From positions 1 to 64,000 of the forward strand of contig NW_020843538.1 in assembly GCF_003704095.1 (NCBI RefSeq): a stretch of DNA of 64,000 bases, written 5' to 3'. Origin of the DNA: Pocillopora damicornis (taxonomy: Eukaryota). The first letter of the stretch is position 1; every line of letters starts with the position of its first letter. The notes beneath the pieces were generated by a model. The model saw only the letters and a list, made by a program, of their open reading frames with translations. It made no database searches and was not told the DNA's origin. A program made the translations under genes and the position numbers. Shown piece after piece: positions 22,327-36,158 of the stretch.

Positions 22327-25199
22327 CAAAAGTTAGACGGGAAGTTTAGCTGTTAAGCAACAGAGAAGATATTTTGCCACGCAAAACATCGTTAAACGAC
22401 GAAAACTTTCCATCGAGAGAGATACAGATCTAGTTAAAACGTGCATTTAAGAAAATGCAGGTATAAGTCGGTCAGAATGAATTATAGATATACATCTTCG
22501 GAATCTCAACAAATTGTTGCACTGCAGAGAGGATGAACAATGTGTTGGAATAGTTCCTATGAAAGGTCATCAGGTCACGCTACAAACACTAGTGCTTCGT
22601 GGAAATCTTCGATTGTGTTAAGTGCCAACAACATCGTTAGTCTGGTCTGATTTTCTGGAAAAGTAGTGCAAACTACGATTAATTGATTTGAGCTGACAAT
22701 ATTGAGGGACGGAGTTTCTCTCATACGCTGAGGATGCTGCACACTGGAACTTGCTTGTGAACTTGCAAGTTTAAAATAACCTGAGGGAATGGCGAAGTGT
22801 ACGATCAATTGATGGTAGTTATGATTAGGTGGCCGGAAGATTTTGAAAGCTTGAAGCCGTACAAAAGCCAACTGAAAATTTAAGGTCTTTAAAATAACAA
22901 AAATCAAGGCAAAAAGAACTGCGAGTCCAAAATCTCCAAAGTCTTTAACATTCCAAATCCTTATTGATCATTCACCTAGAAGGAAGAGAAAGAAAATGAA
23001 CCTTTCTTTGTTTTAGTGACCGAAAGAAGCTTGTAATTAGTGAAGTAGTTTTCAAGTGGCATTTGCGGCAAAAAATATCAGTACCCCACTGTTTTAAAAG
23101 GTTTTCAGAGATGAAAGGATGAACGATTTCGACATTAAAAATTCCTTTTGTAACTTCCAAGCAAGCAGAGATATTTGACTAAAATTACCATATGTGTTAG
23201 AATGAATGAAAAGTTTTAGAAAGGCGGTCACTTATGTTTAGAGGTCAATCAAATCGACCTTCACTTCTCTATTTCGTTTATTAAGGGTGCACCATTATGT
23301 TTGCAAACTATTGTAGCTTAAGATGGCAATCGTGCATTTTGCCTGTCTTTGAGGCGATTTTCATAGTGAAAGTCTAGTAAACCCATTGGGGGAGGACTGC
23401 GGTCACACCTCCGAAAAACAAAACCGAAACAGAAAGTAGTTCATATCGAAAGGTAAGTTGTGGTTTGTTATCGTGGTAAATAACACTTCCAGAAGAGAAT
23501 TATAATCCCTTGTCTCACGATGTGGTCAGTGCAGATGCGGATCCCGACGTTGCGATTGCATACTGCTAATCTTCTTCAGGCGATGAGGTCGACTGAGCAC
23601 TCGTCACCTATTTAAGTTTTTTGATTCTCCCCTGCACAGATCTGCCAGTCTCGCCGATGCAGACTTTGCCGCATTCACTCGGAATCCTGTGGACAACGCT
23701 ATCCTGTTAACCGGGTCAACGGCAGATGACAGATATTTCCTCCCCATGGAACTAAAAAAGGGTTTCGTTTCAGGACGTTTTATACGCTCTTAAAAGCACT
23801 TGACAAAGTGGATGACTAAAAAGATCGCGAGATCTACATGATTCCTTGTTAGTGCAACCCGGCAAAACAGGATGGCCTGAATATGTAGTACGCAGTCGAA
23901 ACGTCGCGATCCACATCTGCAGTAACCACATCGTGAGACAAACGATTCTAATTATCTTTGGAAAGAAAGCAGGTGATCTCTTTAAGTTTTGAGGTAGATC
24001 CTTTACGCTTGCAAAGTTTCTCTGAAATCGGTGAAATGGTACATAGCGCACCTGTCTGAAGCTCTTAAAGACTCGCTCTCAGGCCTTAATTTATCGACAA
24101 AAATGGAGCAGACTCCAACTTATCCTAAAGTATAATAAAAACATTTCCTTAATAGATAAATCGAAGATGTGGTTGTACTGGAATGATGATCTTTGAAACG
24201 CTACTAGCGCACTACCAATGTATTCAAGGTTTTGCAAAATGTTTTGTTAGAACGTGCAACAATATTTTTGTATCGCCACAGAGGATCTCACCTTTTCGCA
24301 GTCTGATGAACGTCTTTCTCTCGTTTACAAAATCTTGCCGTTATTATGGCTTTTCGAAGTAAAGAAATAGTCTATTCCTGCGCCTATCAAATGCAAACAG
24401 CATGGATAGTCTTTGTTTCTCGAAGCAATTCTCGCTCTTAAAGGACCACCTGTCAGTGTTACTGGTCACAAGTCGTTTGCTCAAACGGGTACCATTCTTG
24501 TGCGTAGCGCTTCGCATTGCTTCCAGTGTAACTGTATGGTTTCAAGAGCTTCAAAACTCGGCACATGATTCAAATGAAAGGAGACCGGATGTCGCTGCGT
24601 ATACTTTCAAGCATGCATTGAGGAAAAGCTTTCTAACCTCCCCATTTGGCAGAACATTTTGAACGATAAAGGAAAGGACGAACTTGCCTGGAATCCTCTT
24701 CGTCCATGTGGAACGTAGAAATGTTCAAGAATTGTCATTGAAATGTCGGTGTAGTCACGTAGACGGAAATCATTTTTTTCTTCACGGTTTAATACTTTAT
24801 TTCTTAGGCAGCGGCTCTCGTTAGCTCACGTAGTGAAAACCTTCGGTCTTTCTCAAAACAGGACTCGTTTCCGAGAGACAAGTAACTGGTGATAATGAAC
24901 TACTGGTACCCATTCATTAAAATAACGACGCACAATTAAAAAGTTTCAAAAACCTTGTACGAAAAGGATAGCCACTTATAGAAATCGCAATTATTGTTAG
25001 AAAGTGACAGACTTAAGTCTTAAAAATTTCAAATGAATTCATCTGGGAGCCTCAAGCTTATTGCTGAAAAAGTTCAATCGACATTTTGACCTAGTGTTGA
25101 TCCTCTCGTAATTACAGAAAATTTTTCATATTTAGTCTTCCACTACCTGTAAAAAAACGCTACTCACACCTTAACATTTCCTTGGCCTCGGTCTTACAA

Positions 25200-25341
25200 G
25201 TGGATTGTGCTCTCCACTGGATAAATCCCTATCCACTTTTATCCACTTTTCAGTGAATAGTGCAGTTTGTTTTGTTAACACTCGTCCGCTGGATGGCGAT
25301 TTATCCGTTGGATAGTATTATCCATCCTTTAAACAACTGGG
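25200..25341. mobile_element. Palindromic MITE remnant (tggata/tatcca-rich)
   Basis: gtggattgtgctctccactggataaatc... is mirrored by ...gatttatccgttggatagtattatccatcctttaaacaactggg. Confidence 0.5.
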
Positions 25342-28300
25342 TACTGATCAATTAGCTAAAACACAGTCTGTTCTTATACAGTTTTTTTAAATTGTTTATC
25401 CTGAACTCGGCTCGGATTTGACAGCCCATTTCATGGAATGAGTCTTATTCAGAAAAATAGGACTTAATGGCCAGTGTTCCATGTTTGAGGCAAAAAAACT
25501 CTTTCTCCCTCAATATGCCTGAAATATCCCAGGCGTTCTGTTTTGAGCCTTCACAAACGAAGGGAGAATAGAAACCACACTTCTCCAGCAGTCTAAGGAA
25601 CCTTGCGCGGGCCTTTTCGAAAAATGAAAGGAAGTTAAGACTAGTTTATACATGCCCTCTGGATGCAACACGGAAATGGATAGTAAGATCTACCGCTGAA
25701 TTCTCGCATACATAGCTTCAAAACGTATTGTAGTGACGCATTAGAGGATAAAGTGAGCTCACTTCATGGTCTCTCGAGTGACGTTAATATAGCAGTGTCA
25801 TGGTATATTGTACTGTATTGACTGAAGATGAACAATTTTTTCCTTTAAAGACGCAACACCATTTTGAAAAGTATAACGAGCGCAGATCAATAAAGGTTTC
25901 ATTATGATAATCAGAGGATTGACCGCTCATTTTATATGGCCGAGAACCTCTAAATAAGGCGTGTCCACTTTGATTTGACTTTTCTAACGATGTGGTGTGC
26001 CATGGGACACAAATTGGAAATATTCTGCGTACTTGATTTTTATCTATCCGTTCTCAAAAGTACAGATTTACTTTGAGAGTTTTATGGTGAGATATGATCT
26101 ACCTAGAATAAACTGTATTGATCTCTCCTTATTGGGGAGAATTGGAAGCAACAAACACATCGTTTGGTTACTTTGAACTGTTAGTGAAAGAGTTGAGCGA
26201 GGGATGAGTGGTTGAGCTAATGAGTTTCTGATGGGATAAATCGCTTTATCTATAACTTCTTTCACATTTTAAGCTCTTCTATAACATGACCTCAAAGCCC
26301 TTACCTCGAGCAAAGTTCTTTCGTACTTTTTAGATTGGTTATCATGGAGTCTCATAGGATTTCGACATTCACTCTTAGAATAATTTCATAGAACGATTGA
26401 GGGTCCTTTTAAACCTGTACATTCTTTCTTCATACCTCATCATTTACAAATGTCAAAGCGGAAACAACTTTTATCTCTTCTCAAATCTATTTAGGCTTAC
26501 TAGACAGGAAGTCACTTGACATTCGCTCCGAGTGTTTTTCTGGTACTCGATGGCATTTTACCTCAATAAGAACGCAATTGTAAACTCTTGTACAAGTGTT
26601 ACCTATTTTGGCACGCACAACAAAGAGTCACTTGAGATCCTCTCTTATTGTACTTCTAGCACTCGCTGGTATCACAGATAATCAGTGAAAACTTTTACTT
26701 ACAATCGAGTACAAACTCAGTCAAATTCAATACTCATAAAACTTAAGTTCAATGTTGCCCAGTCAGCAACATTGAACGTATTTGCAATGTCTAATAATAA
26801 ATTTATGGTCAGTACAACCCATATCATAATGTGTCGTTTATCTTTGTTTTTCCTGTAACTGACTTATTCATTTTGACAATACGAACGCTCTAGTATGCAT
26901 TAGTTGTCTTTTCTATTACTACTTTGCAGTTGGACAGCATAAATGATGCGAGTAAATAATGATTGTGGTTGATAACGAGCCTAATTTTAAATTATAAAAA
27001 TAGTAATGCGTTCGACTTTAACGACGACAGCTGGATCACTTTTTACCGATACGAAGACTAAAACAACTACATGGACATTTATTCGGTAACGAATAAGGTT
27101 AGCCATGATGTTTCAAATAGGAACGGTTATCCAGACCAAGAATGCTTCACTGCCACGGAACGCTAGTTTTAAGTTGGCCAATATAAGCTGTACGAAAGCC
27201 ACTTAACTCTTTGATAACCTCAGCCAGGAGTGGGAACCGCTGGGAAAGGAATTATGTTAACTTTTCTCTTCTTACGTTACCTGTTCAAGCCAGTGAATGC
27301 AACGTTTTTTATCCAAATAAATGACTCCATATTTCAGGTCCTCTCCTGGTATCACTTTTTGTCACATCACAATTGCACTTCAGCGTTTTTGAATTGTGCA
27401 TACTAGCCTTCGTTTGCCTTTGAAAGCTTGCATACGCATTGTTTTCAATTTCTCTTGGGACCCGCTAGTATCCGAAGAAAGACTAAAAACCATGGCATGC
27501 TCGCGCAAAATTTTTAGGAACGCAAACAAATCTTTTTACTGTGAAATCGAAATTGTCTTTATTCTCTTATTGGTCGTAACTATCAGGGCTGAAGTCACCG
27601 CGAATTTACGCCGAAATTTCAAAGAAGTGGCTTTTTTCGTTTATTTTTTATCCCTTGGTAAACTCAACTTAAATCTTCGCCTCGAGAATTATACAAATGA
27701 AACTATAAAAGCACTCACTCGAGCTTAACCTATTCACTCTACTCGAGTGAAGAAATTAACGAGCGGCCCTCTCAAGTCCAACATTGTTATGCGTGGCCAT
27801 ACACCTTTCAGGAAATCAGGAAAAAAATTCTTAGTCAGTTATAGCATCAAGTTAGCAGCTGTGGACTGTTGCTTGGCCTGTATTAGTAATAATAAGGAAG
27901 ACAATTATTTGGATTCCATCACAGAAAGATGAAGAGATACATCTGTGGTACAATTGCAGCATCAGGGGATTTGCACATTCTGTAACTCTCACCGACCACT
28001 AACCTAAACACCCTTTTGACTTCACAGCTGCAACCCACATGAGTGAAATTTATTTGAAGTGGAAACTCGGCGCTGTCATGTTATCTACGCCATAATGTGT
28101 GGTTATGGCTGAATTAAGTTTTCATGGCTGCTAAGATAATAGGTAACGTTTAGTATTTTAGTATAAATATGTCATAATGACACTAAAATTATCGCCTTCA
28201 AATGCCATTCTGGAATCACCACTTTGTCGTCCCAGCCGCTATCCCCAAAACGATGTACAAATATATATTACCTTGCCCTAGAAATGGTTCAATTTCTTTG

Positions 28301-31300
28301 AAGAGAAGTGCAAGGATAAATTCACTGCTTCCCACCTTGTACGTCCAATAATTTTCCCTTATCTTTGTGACCCTTACGCTGCAATATGAGATAATATTCT
28401 AAATTTAAATATTGAACCTCCCAAAGTGTTAAGCTGGTACAAACTAGCCACTGTTATCGTGCGCGTGAAACGATAGTTGTTTTGTTTCAGGAGTCCCAAG
28501 GCGATCGTGCAAGTAATTGTGGCAACCGCGAAAAAACATTCGAACCAACATGGCATCGCTCCTACAATTCCATTTTTCAAAGTAGCCGATATCTCTTTCG
28601 ATATTTTCTCACTCTCATTTATTTCATCTACAAAAACAACTGCTAACATCAACAAACTATTTTTGACAATTTAACGAAAATCTGTTTTAAAAGTAGAGTC
28701 CACGGTTTCTATTGCATTCGCTCTTACGTAATCGTTGATTCCTCAGAGAGCAGTTTGGGTTTTCGTGGCCGGGTTAAGGCCAATTTTAAACTAACCTCAA
28801 GGTATTGGCGCCACCCTTATCCTTGCACACAATATATATGATTAACGGATATAACAAAGAACAAATTTATCACAATTATGCCCATGTTAGACCGAGGAGT
28901 GCAAAGCAACTTCTCGTACTTGGAACTGCACATTGGAGTGGAAATAAATTGGTCCCTGCTACATAAAATCGTAAAAATCTTAGCTGGAGCTTTGAAAAAC
29001 CCTGAAATACCTTCCTAAATATAACAAGCACCAAAAGGCATTCCTAGGACATATCTTGCATATTTCTTCAACTATAGAATGGAAAAGTGTTTTATCTCAA
29101 GTACTTTGTTAGATCTCTAGGAATTCATGCCAGGATCACAAGCATTTGTTCCAACAACACTAACGAGTATCACATTGGCGTTATATCTGTCATGCGCTGA
29201 ATAGCAAGAAATATTAACCTTTGATCTTTATGGTACTTAGTCCTCTTCTCTTTCGAAAACAACCGAAGTAAATGTAATTAATTAACTGTATTTTTTCCCA
29301 CTGACAAATATTATCTTACAATCATCGACTCAGAGTTTTAAGTCAAGCAATTTTTGTCACTTGAGAATAGCTTTGAAGTACTTTCCATTTAGCAGCTTTA
29401 TATATGTCAGTTGAATGCTCTTCTGAGGGTCTTATATTGGACATGGGGATATATTCACTTGGGACAAACGCTCGGTGGAGTTTCGCTCCAGTGAATCCTA
29501 ACTTTCTTAGCGACACCTGATCGAAGTAATTTTTAATTCAGAGCATTTTTGAGAATTACACAGTAAAAAGAATACTTTTTTACCCAATCAGATCATGATC
29601 CGATATAATTATAGTATATCGCTTTTGAAGTCAAGCACGCCAAGTGCTTTGTCTGTGGTCATGCGCAGTGAAGGTCTAAGCGTAATATTTTCAAGTTGTA
29701 ATCTTGATGAAGTGAGCCGAAAAATTTGTTGCATTGTCGGGAACGCCTGTGTTAGCCAGCGGTACTTCAATACACAATAACTCTGACTAACCTTCCCATT
29801 GATCGTTCATTGTGCAAATGTTCTGAAGGAATTTCCTGAACTCGACTTGAATATAGATCTCCCTAACACAGTTCCAAAGTTCATGCCTAACATCACAAAA
29901 TACAATATCATTTCGTGGCGAGGGAACGGTCAAATACAATCCTGTTGCCTTGACTTGAGGTGTTGAGTTCAGTTCTCCGAGTGCAAGGCGTCTTCACAAG
30001 ATTTTGTGTCTCGGCATCCCGTATCAGCAACGAAAGGTAGGATTGATAGCGTATCGAATTATCATAATGGTTAAACATATTCTTTCTCAAACGTGCAGAA
30101 AACTGCCCGCATTAAGGCAGACTTTTGACTTTACACTATAATACCGAGATCAAAGCAAAATTGATGCAAGCGAAACACTCGCCATTGCTAGATTCAATCA
30201 TAGTATTCTCAGTGATCGCCGTGACTGCAATTCTTCGTCCGATTGGGTAAAAATACTCCTTTTTTTCTTGTGTAAGTGACTTTGCTGTCATGTGCTGTTG
30301 TAACTCAGCGTCAGGGCTAGTCGCCGTTCTACTTGTATAAGATTGAGATGGGAACTAACAATGGTTAATATCGATTTATGTGTAACAATGAAAAACAATC
30401 ACTTTGGAAAGAAAACTTGACAGTGCTACACCCTTAAAACAGCAATCTTTATGTTGTAGTGTTTGTCAGAGCAACAGTGATTACAATTTTTTCAAATATA
30501 AAAATTCGACAAAAACTATTTTCCCAGGTATTCGACAAATTATTGAATATCAATGTTTTTGCGAACGCAAAGGAAAATGAAACAGCTGAAATCTGTAACT
30601 CGCTGTTTTTGTGCATGAGGCTTGCAGTCATACCTATTACCGACTCGTAATTGTTTGTGTCCGTTTAGGTTATCCGTGACTTTTAGCAGGCCATTTAATC
30701 TGGATTGGTTCAGTTTTTGTGATCGGATAGGAAACATCTCGCGAAAGTGCCAATAATAGCACCATTGCCCTATATCTGCTCCAAAGGTATATTAAATGTA
30801 TACCCGAAATTTTTGAGCTGCAATATCATTTTCTTTTCTCTTTTTTTTCTTTTCTGGAATGTCTCGGCCGTGAAAAAATAGACATGCAAAGCTTAAAATA
30901 ATTTTATTTGTGTTTGTTTGTCCTTTTTTATGAACATGTTTCTTGGTGCAGTAGGCACTTGCTATTTTACCTTTAAAACTGCAGTCTGCGCACAGTAGCA
31001 TGATAAAATGACAACTAGACCTGAGCTTTCAATAGCTTCATGTTCAACTCGGTCGCCGTAAGAATAGACGTTTACAGCAGCTACTAAAATGGCAAAGTGC
31101 ATAATTCCTTCTTGGCTTTTTTCCTCACCAAAAGCAGCTTATAAATGCCTTTGTAAACAAATTAATTATTGGAATTTCTGAAGTGTGACTACAATCGTAT
31201 TGCATTATAATTAGTTACTCATTAAGCAATAAGTCTTCCCTGCTGTTGAATATTGTTTGACTAAAGGTACTGAAAAAATTATTAGGTCTGACGTAATATC

Positions 31301-34300
31301 CTCGCCAGGTGGTTTAAATAGTACATTAAGGATTACAAATTCTATTTATTTCCTCCTCTTTTGTGACATAATCCTTCACAAATCGAATTATATTTAGAAA
31401 CTAAGGAAAATGTATCACGGCATCAATATCGCAATATTGCAGGATGCATTTCAGTAGAGTGTTGCTACGGCTACAGGAAGTCAACATTGCTCGCCGATTT
31501 GAGAAGTATGCCAAATACACAAAAAGTAATAAATCTTTGAAATCCGTTTTAGAAGTGTATTATTTTATTTGAAAGAGACATATGGAAAAAATCTTTTTTG
31601 TGGCGAACATCGCTGGCTGGCTGCTGAGAAGAAGTCTTCTCGACTTGAAAGCCGATTTGCTGCGACACGTTTTTCTGTGATTTCAAAACTCTCTCATCTA
31701 ACTGCAGTGTTCTTACTTGGCTAGACGCAGACGAGGGCGATTCTTTCGACGGGAGGCGAAATATAATGATAATACTTTTCAAATCGTGCCCTGCCTGATA
31801 AGATCGTCACTTGTCAGAAAACATTTGCGCGTAAACAGAAACACAAGCAGTGATTGATACGCCAAGTTGATCCCAAAGTTGTAATTAAGGTACTGCTGGT
31901 GCTTGTGCATGTAGTTAATTTTCCATACTGAATTGTTCACCAATTGAAACAAGTACAAACTTAACTCAAATAATCAATGAACGAAGTTTTTGTGAGAGAC
32001 ATCACCTTTGTTTTTACGATTTCGCGAGTGTGTTTCTCAAGTCATTTTACCTTTACATGACTTTTACAAAAAAGCGACTCCAGAACTGTTTTCACTTAAT
32101 AATTGGTTAATATATTTCGTGCGATATAAGTTAAGAGAAGAACTGATGCGTAAGAGTTTCTCGAGGCGCATATTTTGATCATAAGTTTTTGTGTTATATT
32201 TGAACGTTAAAGCGGATCTGAATACGCTTTAAGCAACTCTAACTAATCTTTCGCGCTTTCCGATTTTTCCGTGTGCGCCAAATCCTATTAGACGCATGCT
32301 GACGTGCGAACCAATTGTTATATTAAACAGATCCGTGGTTGTTTCTAGGCAATAGTGCGCAGACTAAACAGGAAAATGATGTGGGTCTTGCCAAATCTAT
32401 TTAGTTAAAATGCGTGCGCCAGTCGCTTCAAGGTATATTTGTTTAGGTCTGTGGTGTGGTGTTAGAACTCTATTACGCCCCGATCCTGGAGAGCATTTCA
32501 TTAACGATCCCAACAAGATAAAAGCAGTCAGAGTACCTAATTTACTTTCGAGGTATTACACAGTTTAATTCTAAAAGTATTTTAAAATTTCCCGCATACA
32601 ACTGCAAATAAGTCAAAAATCCTCCTCTCCCAATTTCCAGAAGTTAAAAGTCATCTTAAAACAATAGCAATCAGCTAAAAGATTTTAGCACAAACAACGG
32701 CCACACAAATTCTACAGCTTATTTGAAGTCGTGGCTGATCGCTGAGCTCTACTGCGACTCCGATGAATTTACAAATTTCTCATCTCTTCATCTGATCAAA
32801 AGTCGCAAAGCAAGTATAGAATTAAATATTAAAACACTGAAGTATAACGAAACAATTAGAACTAAGTGGAAAAAACTGACTTCTAAAATATTTCTTTTAC
32901 TTTTTTCTATTTCTTTTGTGAGAGAGTTTGGTTTTTATTTTTAAAACTTAATTGCATTTTATCAATGCTCCCCTGAAAAAGAGAAATACAAATTAGATGG
33001 CTTTATTGACTGAGTTTTTTATTCAAATTGTCCACAGTAGAGAATTTGTATGGCTGACATTTCGAGTTTTAGCCATTCGCCGGGGCGAAAAGCTAACCCT
33101 AGACATGTACCGACGCAGCACTACAACTTCTCTAGAAACTAACCCCTTCTCTCAAAGAACTTTTCCTTCATTCCTCTCTGCTGCAATTTTGCATATCATT
33201 CTACCGTCTCTGTGGTAGGTCATCTTCTTGTATCGGTTCTATTATGTCAAAATTTTCACCTGCTGTTGTATTTTTTAATCGTACGCCATTTTCAAGTTTT
33301 TGTTGCGAATTTCCTTCATATTCGTGACGACTTATTAGTGAGCCGTTAATGAAAAGTTTTGTTTTATTTGAAAGCCGATATTTTTCCGCTTTTAACTGTC
33401 ACGCAATCAAAAACAAAATCATACCTCATATTAAATGCCTGCAGCGTAAAATAAGAGTCATTGTAGAATGTTGATGAAAAACACTACATATTACCACGGA
33501 TGGTTGATCGTCACGAGTTGTATCCGTGCCAAGCGGAATGAAGGTTTGGATACGAAGTTATCCAGTTCGGATATGTTCTTAATTCGACGAAAGGTAAGGC
33601 TATATTAGTTCATAGCGACACAATAATTCTTATAAAAGTCGGGATTGAATTCTCTTTATTAATGATCTAAATACATCGGCAGGAATGGTGCTTTTGGATG
33701 ACTCTAGCCTTACTTTCTAGAAACATTGAAACACTTTCTGCTTGTCCTCGCTAACACGGTATTTACAGGCAAGAAGTAGATCGATCATCCTTCTCTTGAA
33801 AGCGGAGGCGAGATCTTGCACAAAATACTTGACTTTCTGAGGTATTTTTCTAAGCAGTAGTTTTGCCCTTGGATGAGTTAATTCTGCGTTATATTCTCGA
33901 AGCCGGCTTGAGTCGACGCGCTTCACTTCGTAAACACAAACAACGGCGAACTTTGCTTTTTCGGTCGGTTAGTAAAAGTTGAAGTCGTGATCACGACATC
34001 TCTATTCTGGAAAGGTTCTACTGAAAGCAACTGATTTATTAAACTTTGCTCGCTTTATGATGCTGCTGGGAATGTATTCTCAAACAACTAGAGCGGGAGA
34101 GATTTACCAAACTTTCACACTGAGTCAAAGCGGAACTTGATTTGCATAATCTCATGGTGTATTTGAAGCGTCAGACTTCGCTTTTTGAGCTTTTTGAGGG
34201 CTTATACACTTCAACAACGGTGATTTTGAAGGTCTGTAGCAGCCCCATCAACTCCTCTTCGGAAAGGTTTGAAAACGACGTTTTTACTCTAAAAAAGGTT

Positions 34301-36158
34301 GCAACAGTTTTACGTTCATCCTTAGAAACAAGTAAAGTGTTTTCATACTCCTTGAACACAGCGACATACTTGAGTGGTAGTGAACTGTGTCCACGGCCTT
34401 GTTTGCATTGAGAGTGTCGTGCTCCTAAAAAAAAAAAACTAAAATAAAAGGAAGGCGGTTTCGTTTGTGATTTTTTTGACCAGTCCATTCAAATTTAGAG
34501 AGGGTTTTAAGCTTAGAAAAGACTAGAGTGAAATAGCCTAGGGGCAAGCCAATGATAAACGCTTTCATGTCATGTGTAGATGGATGTTCTTGAGCAACCT
34601 CTCTCCTCGTTTATGGAGTCGCCGTTACGAAGAAATATTTCAATGGAAATTTGCTGAACACCGCTCGGAGGATCATTTTACATTAAATACCACCAATTTA
34701 CTTAGTGAAGTACAGTTTTAGAATGTGCAGGCCGCCTCTTCAAGATTTTACCATATGGATCCTAATGAGTGACTATTCGTCGTTATCATAGCGATCTTTG
34801 ATTTGTTCGTCAATCACTGAATGGTCGGTCGAGAAAGCAAAGTAATAGCTTCTCCATGATAAGGTCCTTTCCACGTTGAGATGCTTAGTTATCACAGAAA
34901 GATATTAATCAGAATATTGATAGGCCTTTGTAAGAGCATTTTTTGAAAGTCTCTTGATAAGATGGCTTATCAAGTTACACTCTTCCGAGTTTCGCTTACT
35001 TTTTCCCTTGGTCTGATTCAGGTTGATATGAGACGGTAATTTCAAAACCGTTTTACCGATTCGCCACTAATTTCGTTTGTTCTTTGGATATCTTGATCAT
35101 GTCCTTGCTAGTACATGCATGTAAACATTCCGCTGCCCACTGTTACTGGAGCAGAAATTAAAGCAATACGGGTACCGGTTCAAAGTATCAGGCAAACTGT
35201 TTGTTATACAACTTTAATTCGAGAATATTGAGAGAAAGAAAATGCACGTGTTAACTGAAGACGAAAATTTCGCCCTCTTCGTCAAATATGACTGAAAACT
35301 CCGAGGAAAACGATAGGCTATTCGCCAACATGAACTAATAATTGAATACAAAATTTACATATCCGTTGAGGTAAAATAATTAGAGCAGAGATATCGTGAA
35401 AACATCATATCGTTGTCTAATGACTTTTAATTATGGTAAGTAGCGGAGAGAATTTTCCATTTTGTTATAGTAACACCACCAATCAAAAATAGGAGGTGAA
35501 TTAACAAATGCCAAATAGAATTTAAAGTTGTTTTGCTTTGTTTTTGTTTTTGTTTTTTTACATTTACAAGAAAAACCATTTATGGACCAAAAGCGAAATG
35601 TTAATTAAGATCTTTTCAGTCTCGTTCAAGAGCTCGTAGGTTTTATCGTCACTTATTATATTAAATCATTTAAAATTGTTTTAATTGAACCAGGAGATGG
35701 AAAAACTTATCCAGCTAATGACTTGGCTGACCAAAAGAGTTCTCTGGTTCTCATTTCATGGACTAATCGACTGCGAAATGGGCGGGATTTCAATCGCGAC
35801 AGGGGATTTGGAGTTTTCCGCGTTCCTCGCTCAGTGCAAACAAGAGTTTAAATAGTGTCTTCATTAGAAACCTCAGATTGGTTAAGCGTCTTTATCCACT
35901 TGAGTTGTTCCGTAGATATGAGAACTATTTGATTTATTCGCAGTGAAAGTTTGTGCATAGGTAATTCAAACAACATCATGGATTATGGTCGTTTTGAATA
36001 ATTCTTCCTTCAGATAACCTTAAATCCATGAAGCGATATTCGTTGTAAGTAAATATCGCGAAATATACCATGCACCTCTATGGCAATATCTCTCTTGAGC
36101 TATGTATTCTAGATAGACAGCGACGAGCCAACACTTGATTTCTTCGTTCCATTTGCAG

